Below, in pieces: positions 47,959 to 58,076 of a stretch of DNA of 64,000 bases. Within the stretch, counting starts at the first letter, position 1, and each line of letters begins with the position of its first letter. Source of the stretch: an uncultured Gammaproteobacteria bacterium (GTDB lineage Bacteria; Patescibacteriota; Patescibacteriia; UBA1558; UBA10009); contig CAZPMS010000001.1 in NCBI GenBank assembly GCA_964588165.1, positions 164,722-228,721 of the forward strand, given 5' to 3'. The notes below the pieces were generated by a model, which worked only from the letters and a program-made list of their open reading frames with translations, was not told where the DNA came from and ran no database searches. The position numbers and the translations under genes were made by a program.

Positions 47959-48033
47959 GGCCGCTGATCGGGATTTGAACCGACGACCGCCGGAATCACA
48001 CTCCGGACCTCTACCAACTGAGCTACAGCGACC
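47959..48033 (-). tRNA. tRNA-His (GUG) with G-1 and a probable 8-nt T-loop
   Basis: Extra 5' G pairing with C73, anticodon loop GUGUGAU (U33, GUG, A37). The T region GUCGG-UUCAAAUC-CCGAU has one extra nucleotide, and there is a G10:G25 mismatch in the D stem. Confidence 0.6.
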
Positions 48034-48065
48034 ATAAAGAACAAACGTAATAAAAAAATATTAGA

Positions 48066-48095
48066 TTATAATTAAATTTTTGTCAAATAAAAAAG
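48066..48095 (-). promoter_or_regulatory. Putative promoter of the tRNA cluster (minus strand: TTGACA-17-TAATAT); duplicated at 48549-48582
   Basis: The reverse complement of tataattaaatttttgtcaaataaaaaag gives TTGACA ... TAATAT. An approximately 30-bp near-identical copy lies upstream of the 130-aa gene. Confidence 0.45.
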
Positions 48096-48102
48096 CCCTG
48101 AC

Positions 48103-48495
48103 TTAATTATAGCAGGGCTCTCCTTGCGGAAAAATGTCACCAAGCGAATAGCTCTCGGTAATGGAAGATCCGTCGGCCTGGACTAAAACTCCCGGCATAC
48201 GGAAAGGTTTTATTGTTAACATATCAAAGAAGTCTTCGGCGAAGTCTTCTTCTTCCCAGGCCTGACGAGTTTTCAGATCAAAATTTCCGTCGGCCTCAAT
48301 ATCCAAATAATTCTGAAGGTTGCGTACTGAATAGGCAGTAACTTCTTCATAAATAGCATTAACCTGCTGGTCTTCATCGGCATGACCAAATGCTATGAGC
48401 AACATTTGCAACACTGCAACTGGCAAACCGGAAGAACCTATGCCGTTATGGTCTTGGGGTCCATCACAGGAATGATCTCCAAATAACTGTTTCAT
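48103..48495 (-). CDS. Hypothetical acidic protein, GC-richer than the genome, flanked by duplicated promoter-like segments
   Basis: 130 aa; TAGGAGGA Shine-Dalgarno; hairpin terminator (agccctg...cagggct) at 48095-48120. Confidence 0.45.
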   Translation of the reverse strand: MKQLFGDHSCDGPQDHNGIGSSGLPVAVLQMLLIAFGHADEDQQVNAIYEEVTAYSVRNLQNYLDIEADGNFDLKTRQAWEEEDFAEDFFDMLTIKPFRMPGVLVQADGSSITESYSLGDIFPQGEPCYN

Positions 48496-48548
48496 TTGAA
48501 TATCCTCCTAAATGTTTGAATTTTGAATAATACGAGGTTTTAAAACCT

Positions 48549-48582
48549 TATAATTAAACATTATTTTTGTCAAATAAAAAAC
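48549..48582 (-). promoter_or_regulatory. Putative promoter of the 130-aa gene (duplicate of the tRNA-cluster promoter segment)
   Basis: tataattaaacattatttttgtcaaataaaaaac versus tataattaaatttttgtcaaataaaaaag at 48066-48095. Confidence 0.45.
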
Positions 48583-48640
48583 CGTCGAGTTTAGCTCAAG
48601 CGGTACCCACTAACTACAGGTTACTAACCTGCCTCATCGG

Positions 48641-49558
48641 CTAAATTATATCTTTCCTATTTAGATAAATAAAAATGCCTAAAATAGCTACTGCCAAACC
48701 GCCAAAAATATACCAAACTAAATTCTCATTATGAATTAAAGGCAATGACTGTAAATTCATGCCATAAAGTCCGGTTAGTAAAGTAAGCGGCAGCATGGAC
48801 ACGGAAAAAACAGTTAAAATTTTAATTACCCTGTTTAAACGATGGCTGGATAAAGATTCATTGGTTTCGTGAAGTCCGTCTATAAGTTCCTTGCTGGTTA
48901 TAAGCAAGCCAAAAATTCTTTCTACATAATCGGCAATATCATCAAAATAGTTTGCTAAATCGCCGCTTAAATAATCTTTCTTTAAGTTAACTAAAGTTCT
49001 AATAACCAACCGCTGTGGATCTATAATACCCTTAAAAGTTAAAACGTTCCTTCTAACCAAGGCTAAATTTTTAACGGCCTGCTTGGTTTCTTCTTCATAA
49101 ACTTGCTGTTCTATCTTATTAATTTCCTTTAATTGCCAATCGGTTAACGGCATGGTTTTGCGGTACATTTCTTCTAAAACATGGTAAAGCAGTAAAGCCG
49201 CCTTGCCTTTAAAAATTTCGTTCTGTAATTTTTTATTGTTGGCGATTTTATAAAAATACTGGTTTAGGGTTTTAATTTTCTTTTTTTGAATGGTAACTAA
49301 ATAATCTTTACCTAAAAAAATATCCAGTTCATGGCTGCCAATTAAATTATTGGTTTTGTAAGTAATGGGAAAACGTAAAATTAAAAAAGCGTAGTTGGCA
49401 TAAACATCTATTTTAGAGCGTTGAGCTTCGCCTTCTACGTCTTTTACATCCAGGGGATGGAATTTAAATTTATCTTTTAAGTATCTTAAATCTTCATTGT
49501 TAGGCTCTACAATGTTAATCCAAGTTATGTTGTTGTACTTCTTAATCTTAGTCGCCAT
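48641..49558 (-). CDS. corA: CorA-family magnesium/cobalt transporter
   Basis: C-terminal two TM segments with the LYGMNL (GMN) signature; 305 aa. Confidence 0.8.
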   Translation of the reverse strand: MATKIKKYNNITWINIVEPNNEDLRYLKDKFKFHPLDVKDVEGEAQRSKIDVYANYAFLILRFPITYKTNNLIGSHELDIFLGKDYLVTIQKKKIKTLNQYFYKIANNKKLQNEIFKGKAALLLYHVLEEMYRKTMPLTDWQLKEINKIEQQVYEEETKQAVKNLALVRRNVLTFKGIIDPQRLVIRTLVNLKKDYLSGDLANYFDDIADYVERIFGLLITSKELIDGLHETNESLSSHRLNRVIKILTVFSVSMLPLTLLTGLYGMNLQSLPLIHNENLVWYIFGGLAVAILGIFIYLNRKDII

Positions 49559-49565
49559 ATCTTTT

Positions 49566-49638
49566 CTACAAATTACTAATTACTACTAATATACAAATAA
49601 TTCGTATATTTGTACAGATTCATAACTAGTAGTAATAA

Positions 49639-49640
<2 letters not shown>
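49566..49640. repeat. TACTAAT/ATTCGTAT-rich intergenic element, copy 2 (immediately 5' of corA, 3' of gyrB)
   Basis: caaattactaattactactaatatacaaataattcgtatatttgtaca...agtagtaataatt. Confidence 0.7.
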
Positions 49641-51735
<2,095 letters not shown>

Positions 51736-51820
51736 CTAAGATTAGCCATTTATTATACATATATATTATCATAAAAAAGGCTTTTTTGCAAGCCCTTTTT
51801 ACCTATAAAAAACTTTAAAT

Positions 51821-53032
51821 TTAGCTATTTTTCACCCACTTATTTTTAGGTAATCCGAACCTAATAAAAATAAAATAAGCGGCCATTAGTATAATAAAAC
51901 TCACACCTCCAAAATACATATAACCTAGTGAGTATAAATATCTGCCTATTAAAAATGCTATTATTAAATTTGTAAAAAAGGCAAATAAATTTAATGAAAG
52001 ACCTCCTATTGATAACAATGTGGCTTTAAAATGACTTGTTTTTATATAATCTAACTTATAATGATCAAATAAAGAGGTTGATCCCCACAAAGATCCAACT
52101 AATATAATAAAGGCAGTAACCACATACCAAATATTTTGAATGTAGCCGATGCTAAATATAATTAATGAATAAACAATAATGATAATAAGTAAGTATGCTT
52201 GAGCTGATAGTTTATGGTAAATTTTATAAATATATCGGCTGGTGGCTGAAGAAATCAAACGCGATAAAGCCATAAAAATTCCCAAATAAATTATATTTAT
52301 TCCTAAAAACTGTTGATATACATCTCTATAGGCACCGCAACTTATTATAATAGAAGTAATGAGGCCCATTACAATTGCTATCGGGTAAAATCTTAGTACT
52401 CTACCCTCTTTAAAAACTGCTTTAAAATTTGTTTTATTTATTTCTTCAACTTGAAATTTAGTTTGCCTGGGTACTACAAAAGATAAAGTAATTAGTAACC
52501 CAATGAAATCAAAAAATAAAGCGATAATAAAAGGCAGTTTAAAATTAATAGCTACAGTAAAAGGCAAGGCTGCCAATAATATTGCTGAAACAATAAATGA
52601 TTTGGAGCGAATAGAGCCGATAATTTTTGAATACTGGTGGTCTTTCTTTAAAGCCGATAAAACTTCGTGGGTGAAAGCGCCAAAAGTTCCGCTGTTAAAA
52701 GCAAAGCCAGCAGTAAATAATATTGCTCCCAAAGAAAAAATATAAACATTGCCTCCGATAACAAACAAAGTTGTTGAAGCTAACAATAATATTTTAGATA
52801 ATATCAAGGCTTGTTTATGTCCGATTTTGTCGGAAATATAACCACTGGGGATTTCAAAAATAAAGCCGCCTATTTGGCCGATAGCTAAAAATAAACCAAC
52901 TTGTTGGGCAGTATTATCTGGGAATGATAAAAAATAAACGGTTAAAAGAGGCCAATATATTCTGCGGTGGGTAATGTAATATAAACTGAATTTCCAAATA
53001 TTAGATTGTAGCTTCTTTTGCTGATTAACCAT
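51821..53032 (-). CDS. Polytopic membrane transporter, probably major facilitator superfamily
   Basis: 403 aa, about 12 predicted TM helices arranged as two 6-TM halves. Confidence 0.45.
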   Translation of the reverse strand: MVNQQKKLQSNIWKFSLYYITHRRIYWPLLTVYFLSFPDNTAQQVGLFLAIGQIGGFIFEIPSGYISDKIGHKQALILSKILLLASTTLFVIGGNVYIFSLGAILFTAGFAFNSGTFGAFTHEVLSALKKDHQYSKIIGSIRSKSFIVSAILLAALPFTVAINFKLPFIIALFFDFIGLLITLSFVVPRQTKFQVEEINKTNFKAVFKEGRVLRFYPIAIVMGLITSIIISCGAYRDVYQQFLGINIIYLGIFMALSRLISSATSRYIYKIYHKLSAQAYLLIIIIVYSLIIFSIGYIQNIWYVVTAFIILVGSLWGSTSLFDHYKLDYIKTSHFKATLLSIGGLSLNLFAFFTNLIIAFLIGRYLYSLGYMYFGGVSFIILMAAYFIFIRFGLPKNKWVKNS

Positions 53033-53100
53033 AGATTAATAAGTTGACCTGTTAAAAATAAAACACCCGAATTAAAAAAGGTGTTTTAAAAACATTCAAT

Positions 53101-53574
53101 TTAAGAGCTTAAAAAATTAGGGTTTGAATCTGAATAATTATCATCTTTTTTAGATTCTTTTTTACCAGATGATATGCCTTTATTAATAATGTTATCTATT
53201 TCTTGCTGGGGATTCTTTGGCTTTTTTGATTTAAATAAAGTTCCTTTTACTTCTATTTCTTCCCAGCCAATGCCGCCAACAATAGAGGCGGCCAAATTAT
53301 AAAGCCATCCTAAAATAGCTCCTAAAATAAAACTTATAGAGCCAACCAAAAGCGCCACTAAAAAAGTTGCCAATAAACCGGAGCCAAAGCCCAATACATC
53401 AAAATCTTTAAAAGCAGGTATCCCAAACAATAACACCATTATATTTATAAAAACGCCGGCCACTAAATAAACACCGCCAAATAAAATACCGGAAATTTTA
53501 GCTGCGGACAAAATGTTAATTTTTATAATTACTTTCATATTTATTTTCCCCCAAAGAAATCCACTATAATTCAT
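53101..53574 (-). CDS. Hypothetical membrane protein
   Basis: 157 aa, 3 TM segments, Lys/Ser-rich C-terminal tail. Confidence 0.35.
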   Translation of the reverse strand: MNYSGFLWGKINMKVIIKINILSAAKISGILFGGVYLVAGVFINIMVLLFGIPAFKDFDVLGFGSGLLATFLVALLVGSISFILGAILGWLYNLAASIVGGIGWEEIEVKGTLFKSKKPKNPQQEIDNIINKGISSGKKESKKDDNYSDSNPNFLSS

Positions 53575-53590
53575 GATGCGCGATTCATGA

Positions 53591-56047
53591 CTAACGGACT
53601 TCTATTTTAAATTTCTTTTTTAAAATATCAATAATTTTATCCCTTAAGTTATCTGCCTCTTCTGAAGTTAAGGTCTTTTTTTCATCCAAAAAATCTACAT
53701 GGAAAGCTAAAGATTTTTTATCGGTTCCGAATTTGCCTTTTTGGTAAATATCAAATAGCTCTACCCGCTTAATTAATTTACTTACATCCATAACTTCTTT
53801 CCTTATGTCTGCCCAAGCTGTTTTAGAAGGCACCAAAATTGAAAAATCGTAAATTATGCCGGGGTACTTTGGCAACTGTTGATACTTTTTACTTTCATGA
53901 GTATATTTTAGTAAACCAGCTGAATTTAATTGCCAAACCGCTACCGATTTTTTAACATCTAATTTGGATAAAACTTTATTATTTAATTCTGCCAGCCAGC
54001 CTAAAACTTCGTCGCCTGCTTTTATTTCTAGATAACTTTTATTATCTAACCAGTTAATCTGGCATTTGGACTGATTGTTGTAACTATAATTAATTTCTAA
54101 ATTGGCAAGCAATAATTCAACTAAGCCTTTAGCCTGTAAAAATACATTTTCATCATTAACTATTAAGCCGGCCAGCATTTTTGGCTGGCGTCCTAAAAAT
54201 TCCTTACTATCTTTTTTTGCCTGATGCTCCCCTTTTTCTTTTAGATAGACCCTGCCCAGTTCAAAAATATTAAATTCACCATAAAATCTTAAATTATCTT
54301 CTAAGTTTATGGTTAAATTTTCAAATAAAGTTGTTCGCAAAAATTTTTGGTGTTCGGAAAAATAATTTTGCAATTGATAATGGTCGCCGGCAGATGTTCC
54401 TAAAATATCCAAATTTTTCTGGCCGGTAAAGGAATAGTTATAAATCTCAGTAGAACCGCCTGCCAGAGTTAAAATTTGCCTTATTTTGCGGTCTAAAGCC
54501 TGATCTAGGTTATCTGCAGGCGGCTCCATGGAAATAAAAGGCATAAGCGGCTTTATATTATCAAAGCCGTAAATCCTGACTACTTCTTCCACTAAATCTT
54601 CTTGAATGGAAATACTTTTATTGGTTCTAAAATCGGGCCTTTCAACCAATAATTTTTCGCCTTTATCTTTAACCTTAAATGACAAACTTTCTAAAATTTT
54701 TATAACTTCTTTTTTAGGAATCTCCTGGCCGATGCGCCTGTTTAAAAAATCGAGATCCAATTCAATTTCTTTTTTTAAATCTTCATCAAAGTTTACATCA
54801 ACAACTTTGCTGATTAATTTAGCTTCCGGAATTAATTCAAAAATTAAAGTAATAATTCTATCAAGGCCCAGTTTGGCCAAAGAAGGAGCTAAACCCTTTT
54901 CAAACCTGGCAGCAGCATCGGTTCTAAGGCCCAAGGCAGTTGAGGTTTTTCTGATATTTGTCGAATTGAAATTTGCCAGCTCTAATAAAATTTCAGTTGT
55001 GTCTTCCTTTACTTCGGAATTTTCACCGCCCATAATGCCCCCTAGATCAATCGGCCTTTTGGCATCACAAACTAAACACATATTTGAAGTTAATTTTCTT
55101 TCCTGCCCATCTAAAGTTTTAAATTTTTCTCCCTGTTTGGCTTTCCTGATAATTATAGTATCCCTCTCCACGTCTCTTCTATCAAAAACATGTGAAGGCC
55201 GGCCAAGTTCTAACATTACATAATTGGTAATATCTACAATATTATTTATTGGTCTTACGCCAACGGCCTTTAATAAATTTTGCATCCATAAAGGCGAGGG
55301 TCCGATCTTTATATCTCCAACTAGCGCGCCAATATATCTTGTGCAGTTTTCTTTATCTTCAATTTTTATTTTCAAATCTGCTCCTTTGCCCTCTTTATAA
55401 TTTTTAAATTCCAAATCTTTTGCTTTGGTTCCTAAAATGGCAGCTACTTCTCTGGCCATGCCATGGTGGCCCCATAAATCTGAACGATGGGTAATGGATT
55501 TATTGTCTATATCAAAAATAACGTCATCCAAGCCCAATGCCTCAACTGCCGGCTGACCAGATTTAGCTTCATCACCTAAATCGATCACCCCCTCTTCCTT
55601 GCCCGCCATAGCCTTGGCAAAGGAGGGCTCATTAAATTCATCAGACACTAAAGCAACTTCTGAGGGCGCACAAAGCATACCATTGGATTCTACTCCCCTT
55701 ATCTTTGTTTTTTCTAGCTTAACTAAATCACCCTGTCCGTGCCATTTAACTAAAGCCCCTGATAAGGCTAAAACGCCTTTCATGCCTTTATAAATATTAT
55801 CTGCCCCGCAAATAACCTGATATTCTTCTTTACCAGCTTTAACTTTGCAAACTTTAAGCTTATCGGCGTTGGGATGATCCACAATATTAACTATTTCACC
55901 AACAACCATATTTTTATATTGACTTTTTTGGTCAATAACTTCTTCTACTTCTACTGTAGACATGGTCAATTTTAAGGCCAGCTCCTCGGGTGAGAGATCT
56001 TTAGGAATATCTACATATTGTTTTAACCAATTAAGTGAAATTTTCAT
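53591..56047 (-). CDS. pheT: Phenylalanyl-tRNA synthetase beta subunit
   Basis: 818 aa; N-terminal tRNA-binding domain (MKISLNWLKQYVDIP), B3/4 and B5 domains; downstream of pheS. Confidence 0.95.
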   Translation of the reverse strand: MKISLNWLKQYVDIPKDLSPEELALKLTMSTVEVEEVIDQKSQYKNMVVGEIVNIVDHPNADKLKVCKVKAGKEEYQVICGADNIYKGMKGVLALSGALVKWHGQGDLVKLEKTKIRGVESNGMLCAPSEVALVSDEFNEPSFAKAMAGKEEGVIDLGDEAKSGQPAVEALGLDDVIFDIDNKSITHRSDLWGHHGMAREVAAILGTKAKDLEFKNYKEGKGADLKIKIEDKENCTRYIGALVGDIKIGPSPLWMQNLLKAVGVRPINNIVDITNYVMLELGRPSHVFDRRDVERDTIIIRKAKQGEKFKTLDGQERKLTSNMCLVCDAKRPIDLGGIMGGENSEVKEDTTEILLELANFNSTNIRKTSTALGLRTDAAARFEKGLAPSLAKLGLDRIITLIFELIPEAKLISKVVDVNFDEDLKKEIELDLDFLNRRIGQEIPKKEVIKILESLSFKVKDKGEKLLVERPDFRTNKSISIQEDLVEEVVRIYGFDNIKPLMPFISMEPPADNLDQALDRKIRQILTLAGGSTEIYNYSFTGQKNLDILGTSAGDHYQLQNYFSEHQKFLRTTLFENLTINLEDNLRFYGEFNIFELGRVYLKEKGEHQAKKDSKEFLGRQPKMLAGLIVNDENVFLQAKGLVELLLANLEINYSYNNQSKCQINWLDNKSYLEIKAGDEVLGWLAELNNKVLSKLDVKKSVAVWQLNSAGLLKYTHESKKYQQLPKYPGIIYDFSILVPSKTAWADIRKEVMDVSKLIKRVELFDIYQKGKFGTDKKSLAFHVDFLDEKKTLTSEEADNLRDKIIDILKKKFKIEVR

Positions 56048-56052
56048 AATAA

Positions 56053-56132
56053 GTCTACGAATTACTAATCTATACGAATATACTAATAATTTGTAATTCG
56101 TATATTAGTAATTATTCGTACATTAGTAGTAA
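56053..56132. repeat. TACTAAT/ATTCGTAT-rich intergenic element, copy 3 (fills the 85-bp pheS-pheT spacer)
   Basis: ctacgaattactaatctatacgaatatactaataatttgtaattcgtatattagtaattattcgtacattagtagtaat. Confidence 0.75.
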
Positions 56133-57149
56133 TCAAAATTGTTTTAAAAATCTTAAATCGCCGGATAAAAACAGGCGGATATCATTAATGCCGTATTTCA
56201 TCATGGCCAGCCTGGTTAAACCTAAGCCAAAAGCAAAACCGGAATATTCTTTGGGATCCAAACCCCCGTATTCCAAAACTTTTGGATGAACCAAGCCGCT
56301 ACCTATCATCTCTATCCAGCCGGTTTGTTTACAAACGCTACAGCCTTGACCATTGCAAAAAATACAGCTGCAATCCATTTCAAAACCGGGCTCTACAAAA
56401 GGAAAATAACCTGGCCTAAGCCTTACTTTTATATCTTTCTTAAAAATACCTTTTAACATTTCTTTCATGGTGGCTACTAAATTTGCCACCGAAATATCTT
56501 TACCTATCATTAGGCCTTCCAATTGATAAAAGGTTGTATCATGAGAAGTATCTGTGGCCTCGTATCTATAAACCCTGCCGGGAAAAACAACCCTTAGCGG
56601 TGCGCCATATTTTTCTATAGCCCTAACTTGTTGATTAGAAGTATGGGTTCGCATAACCCAACTTGGCTTATCTTTAATATAAAAAGTATCCATTGTATCA
56701 CGAGCCGGATGAGTTGCCGGAATATTTAAAGCTTCAAAATTATAATACTCTGATTCCAATTCCGGGCCTTCTATAACCATAAAGCCCATCTTGGCAAAAA
56801 CATCCTCCAATTGCTCTTTTACAACGGTAATTGGGTGCAAGCTACCAACATCTTTTTTAATTCCGGGCAAAGTTACATCTAACTGAACACCGGACTTGCC
56901 GGTGCTTTGGCCCAGTTCTAACTTAACCTGATCCACAAAATTTTCCAAATCAGTTTTAATTTCGTTAGCCAGCTGGCCGATCTTTGGTTTTTCTTCTTTA
57001 GCCAAATCTTTAAGCCCACGTAAAACTTTGGTCAACTCCCCTTTCCTACCCAAATACTTGCTCTCAAGTTTTTTGAGTTCTTCGGAAGACTTTATTTTTT
57101 TGAATTCAGCTAAAGCTTTTTCTTTTAATTTTTTTATTTGTTGCTCCAT
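56133..57149 (-). CDS. pheS: Phenylalanyl-tRNA synthetase alpha subunit
   Basis: Class II motifs (FPGRVYRYEA, GLGLTRLAMM); 338 aa. Confidence 0.95.
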   Translation of the reverse strand: MEQQIKKLKEKALAEFKKIKSSEELKKLESKYLGRKGELTKVLRGLKDLAKEEKPKIGQLANEIKTDLENFVDQVKLELGQSTGKSGVQLDVTLPGIKKDVGSLHPITVVKEQLEDVFAKMGFMVIEGPELESEYYNFEALNIPATHPARDTMDTFYIKDKPSWVMRTHTSNQQVRAIEKYGAPLRVVFPGRVYRYEATDTSHDTTFYQLEGLMIGKDISVANLVATMKEMLKGIFKKDIKVRLRPGYFPFVEPGFEMDCSCIFCNGQGCSVCKQTGWIEMIGSGLVHPKVLEYGGLDPKEYSGFAFGLGLTRLAMMKYGINDIRLFLSGDLRFLKQF

Positions 57150-57197
57150 GTTTTAAAATTGTGACGGTATAAAACCGTCACCTTAACGGTTTATAAA

Positions 57198-57626
57198 TTA
57201 TTTAACCTGCTGTTCAGCCGACGGTTTTATACCGTCGGGTTGACCACCGGTATCTCTCTTCAACGATATTATTAAAAATTCTACAAAAGTTACCAAAGCA
57301 ACTAACAAAATAGTGTTAAACCAGCTAAGTAATTTATTGGCCTGCAAAAAAAACGAGCCGGTAATAACTATTGAAAAAAATATTGCCTGCCGAAAAGAAA
57401 TTTGCACGCCTTCGGCCTTGGTATATCTTCTGGTAAAAATAAATCTTAAAAAATAACTCATTAGCGCCAGCGTGCCCACTAGGGCAAAAAATAAACTGGC
57501 GTAGAATAAAAAGAATCCCAAAAAATTTGTAGATTCCGGATTAACTAAAAACAATACTAAAAGCCATCCTCCCCAGCACAAAATAGTACATGTTACCATT
57601 AGCCATAAATACTGTTTTATTGTCAT
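57198..57626 (-). CDS. Hypothetical 4-TM membrane protein
   Basis: 142 aa; the 3' end of the ORF contains the hairpin gccgacggttttataccgtcggg, near-identical to the folA terminator. Confidence 0.4.
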   Translation of the reverse strand: MTIKQYLWLMVTCTILCWGGWLLVLFLVNPESTNFLGFFLFYASLFFALVGTLALMSYFLRFIFTRRYTKAEGVQISFRQAIFFSIVITGSFFLQANKLLSWFNTILLVALVTFVEFLIISLKRDTGGQPDGIKPSAEQQVK

Positions 57627-57707
57627 AAACTGGTTATTTTATGGCCTAATTTTACCAGTTTTTTATGAATTTGACAAATAAAAAACGTGCAAAAAATTTG
57701 CACGCTA

Positions 57708-57998
57708 TTAACTGTTTGATGTCCAGGTGTTGCCGCAATCTTGGCATTCGTAATAATAACGAAAACCGTTGCTTGGCATTAAAATACTAACGGCCGACTT
57801 TTGACCCACCGGATTAATTAGATAGCATCGCGAGCTACATTCTGGACAAACTGGCTTTGTTGCTGCAACCTGCTTTTTGATTTCCGACTTAGGTAATATC
57901 GGAACTAAAAAAAGGCAAATAATCATTAATGGATTGATAGTTAAAGCAAAAAAAATTATCATACCCACTGCCTGAAAACGGCTCATGACTTCCTCCAA
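57708..57998 (-). CDS. Small membrane-anchored zinc-ribbon protein
   Basis: TM segment followed by CPECS...CQDCG (two CxxC pairs). Confidence 0.35.
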   Translation of the reverse strand: MEEVMSRFQAVGMIIFFALTINPLMIICLFLVPILPKSEIKKQVAATKPVCPECSSRCYLINPVGQKSAVSILMPSNGFRYYYECQDCGNTWTSNS

Positions 57999-58076
57999 AT
58001 AATTATTGAATGATCAATTTTTTTCAGCTTAGCAAAAAAATTTTTTAATGTCAAACACTATCTTATATCTTAAAAA

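Noticed and set aside
47778-48044. 88-aa and 66-aa ORFs on both strands
   Set aside because: They overlap the three tRNA genes and are GC-rich tRNA sequence read as protein.
54606-55223. 205-aa + strand ORF
   Set aside because: Antisense within pheT.
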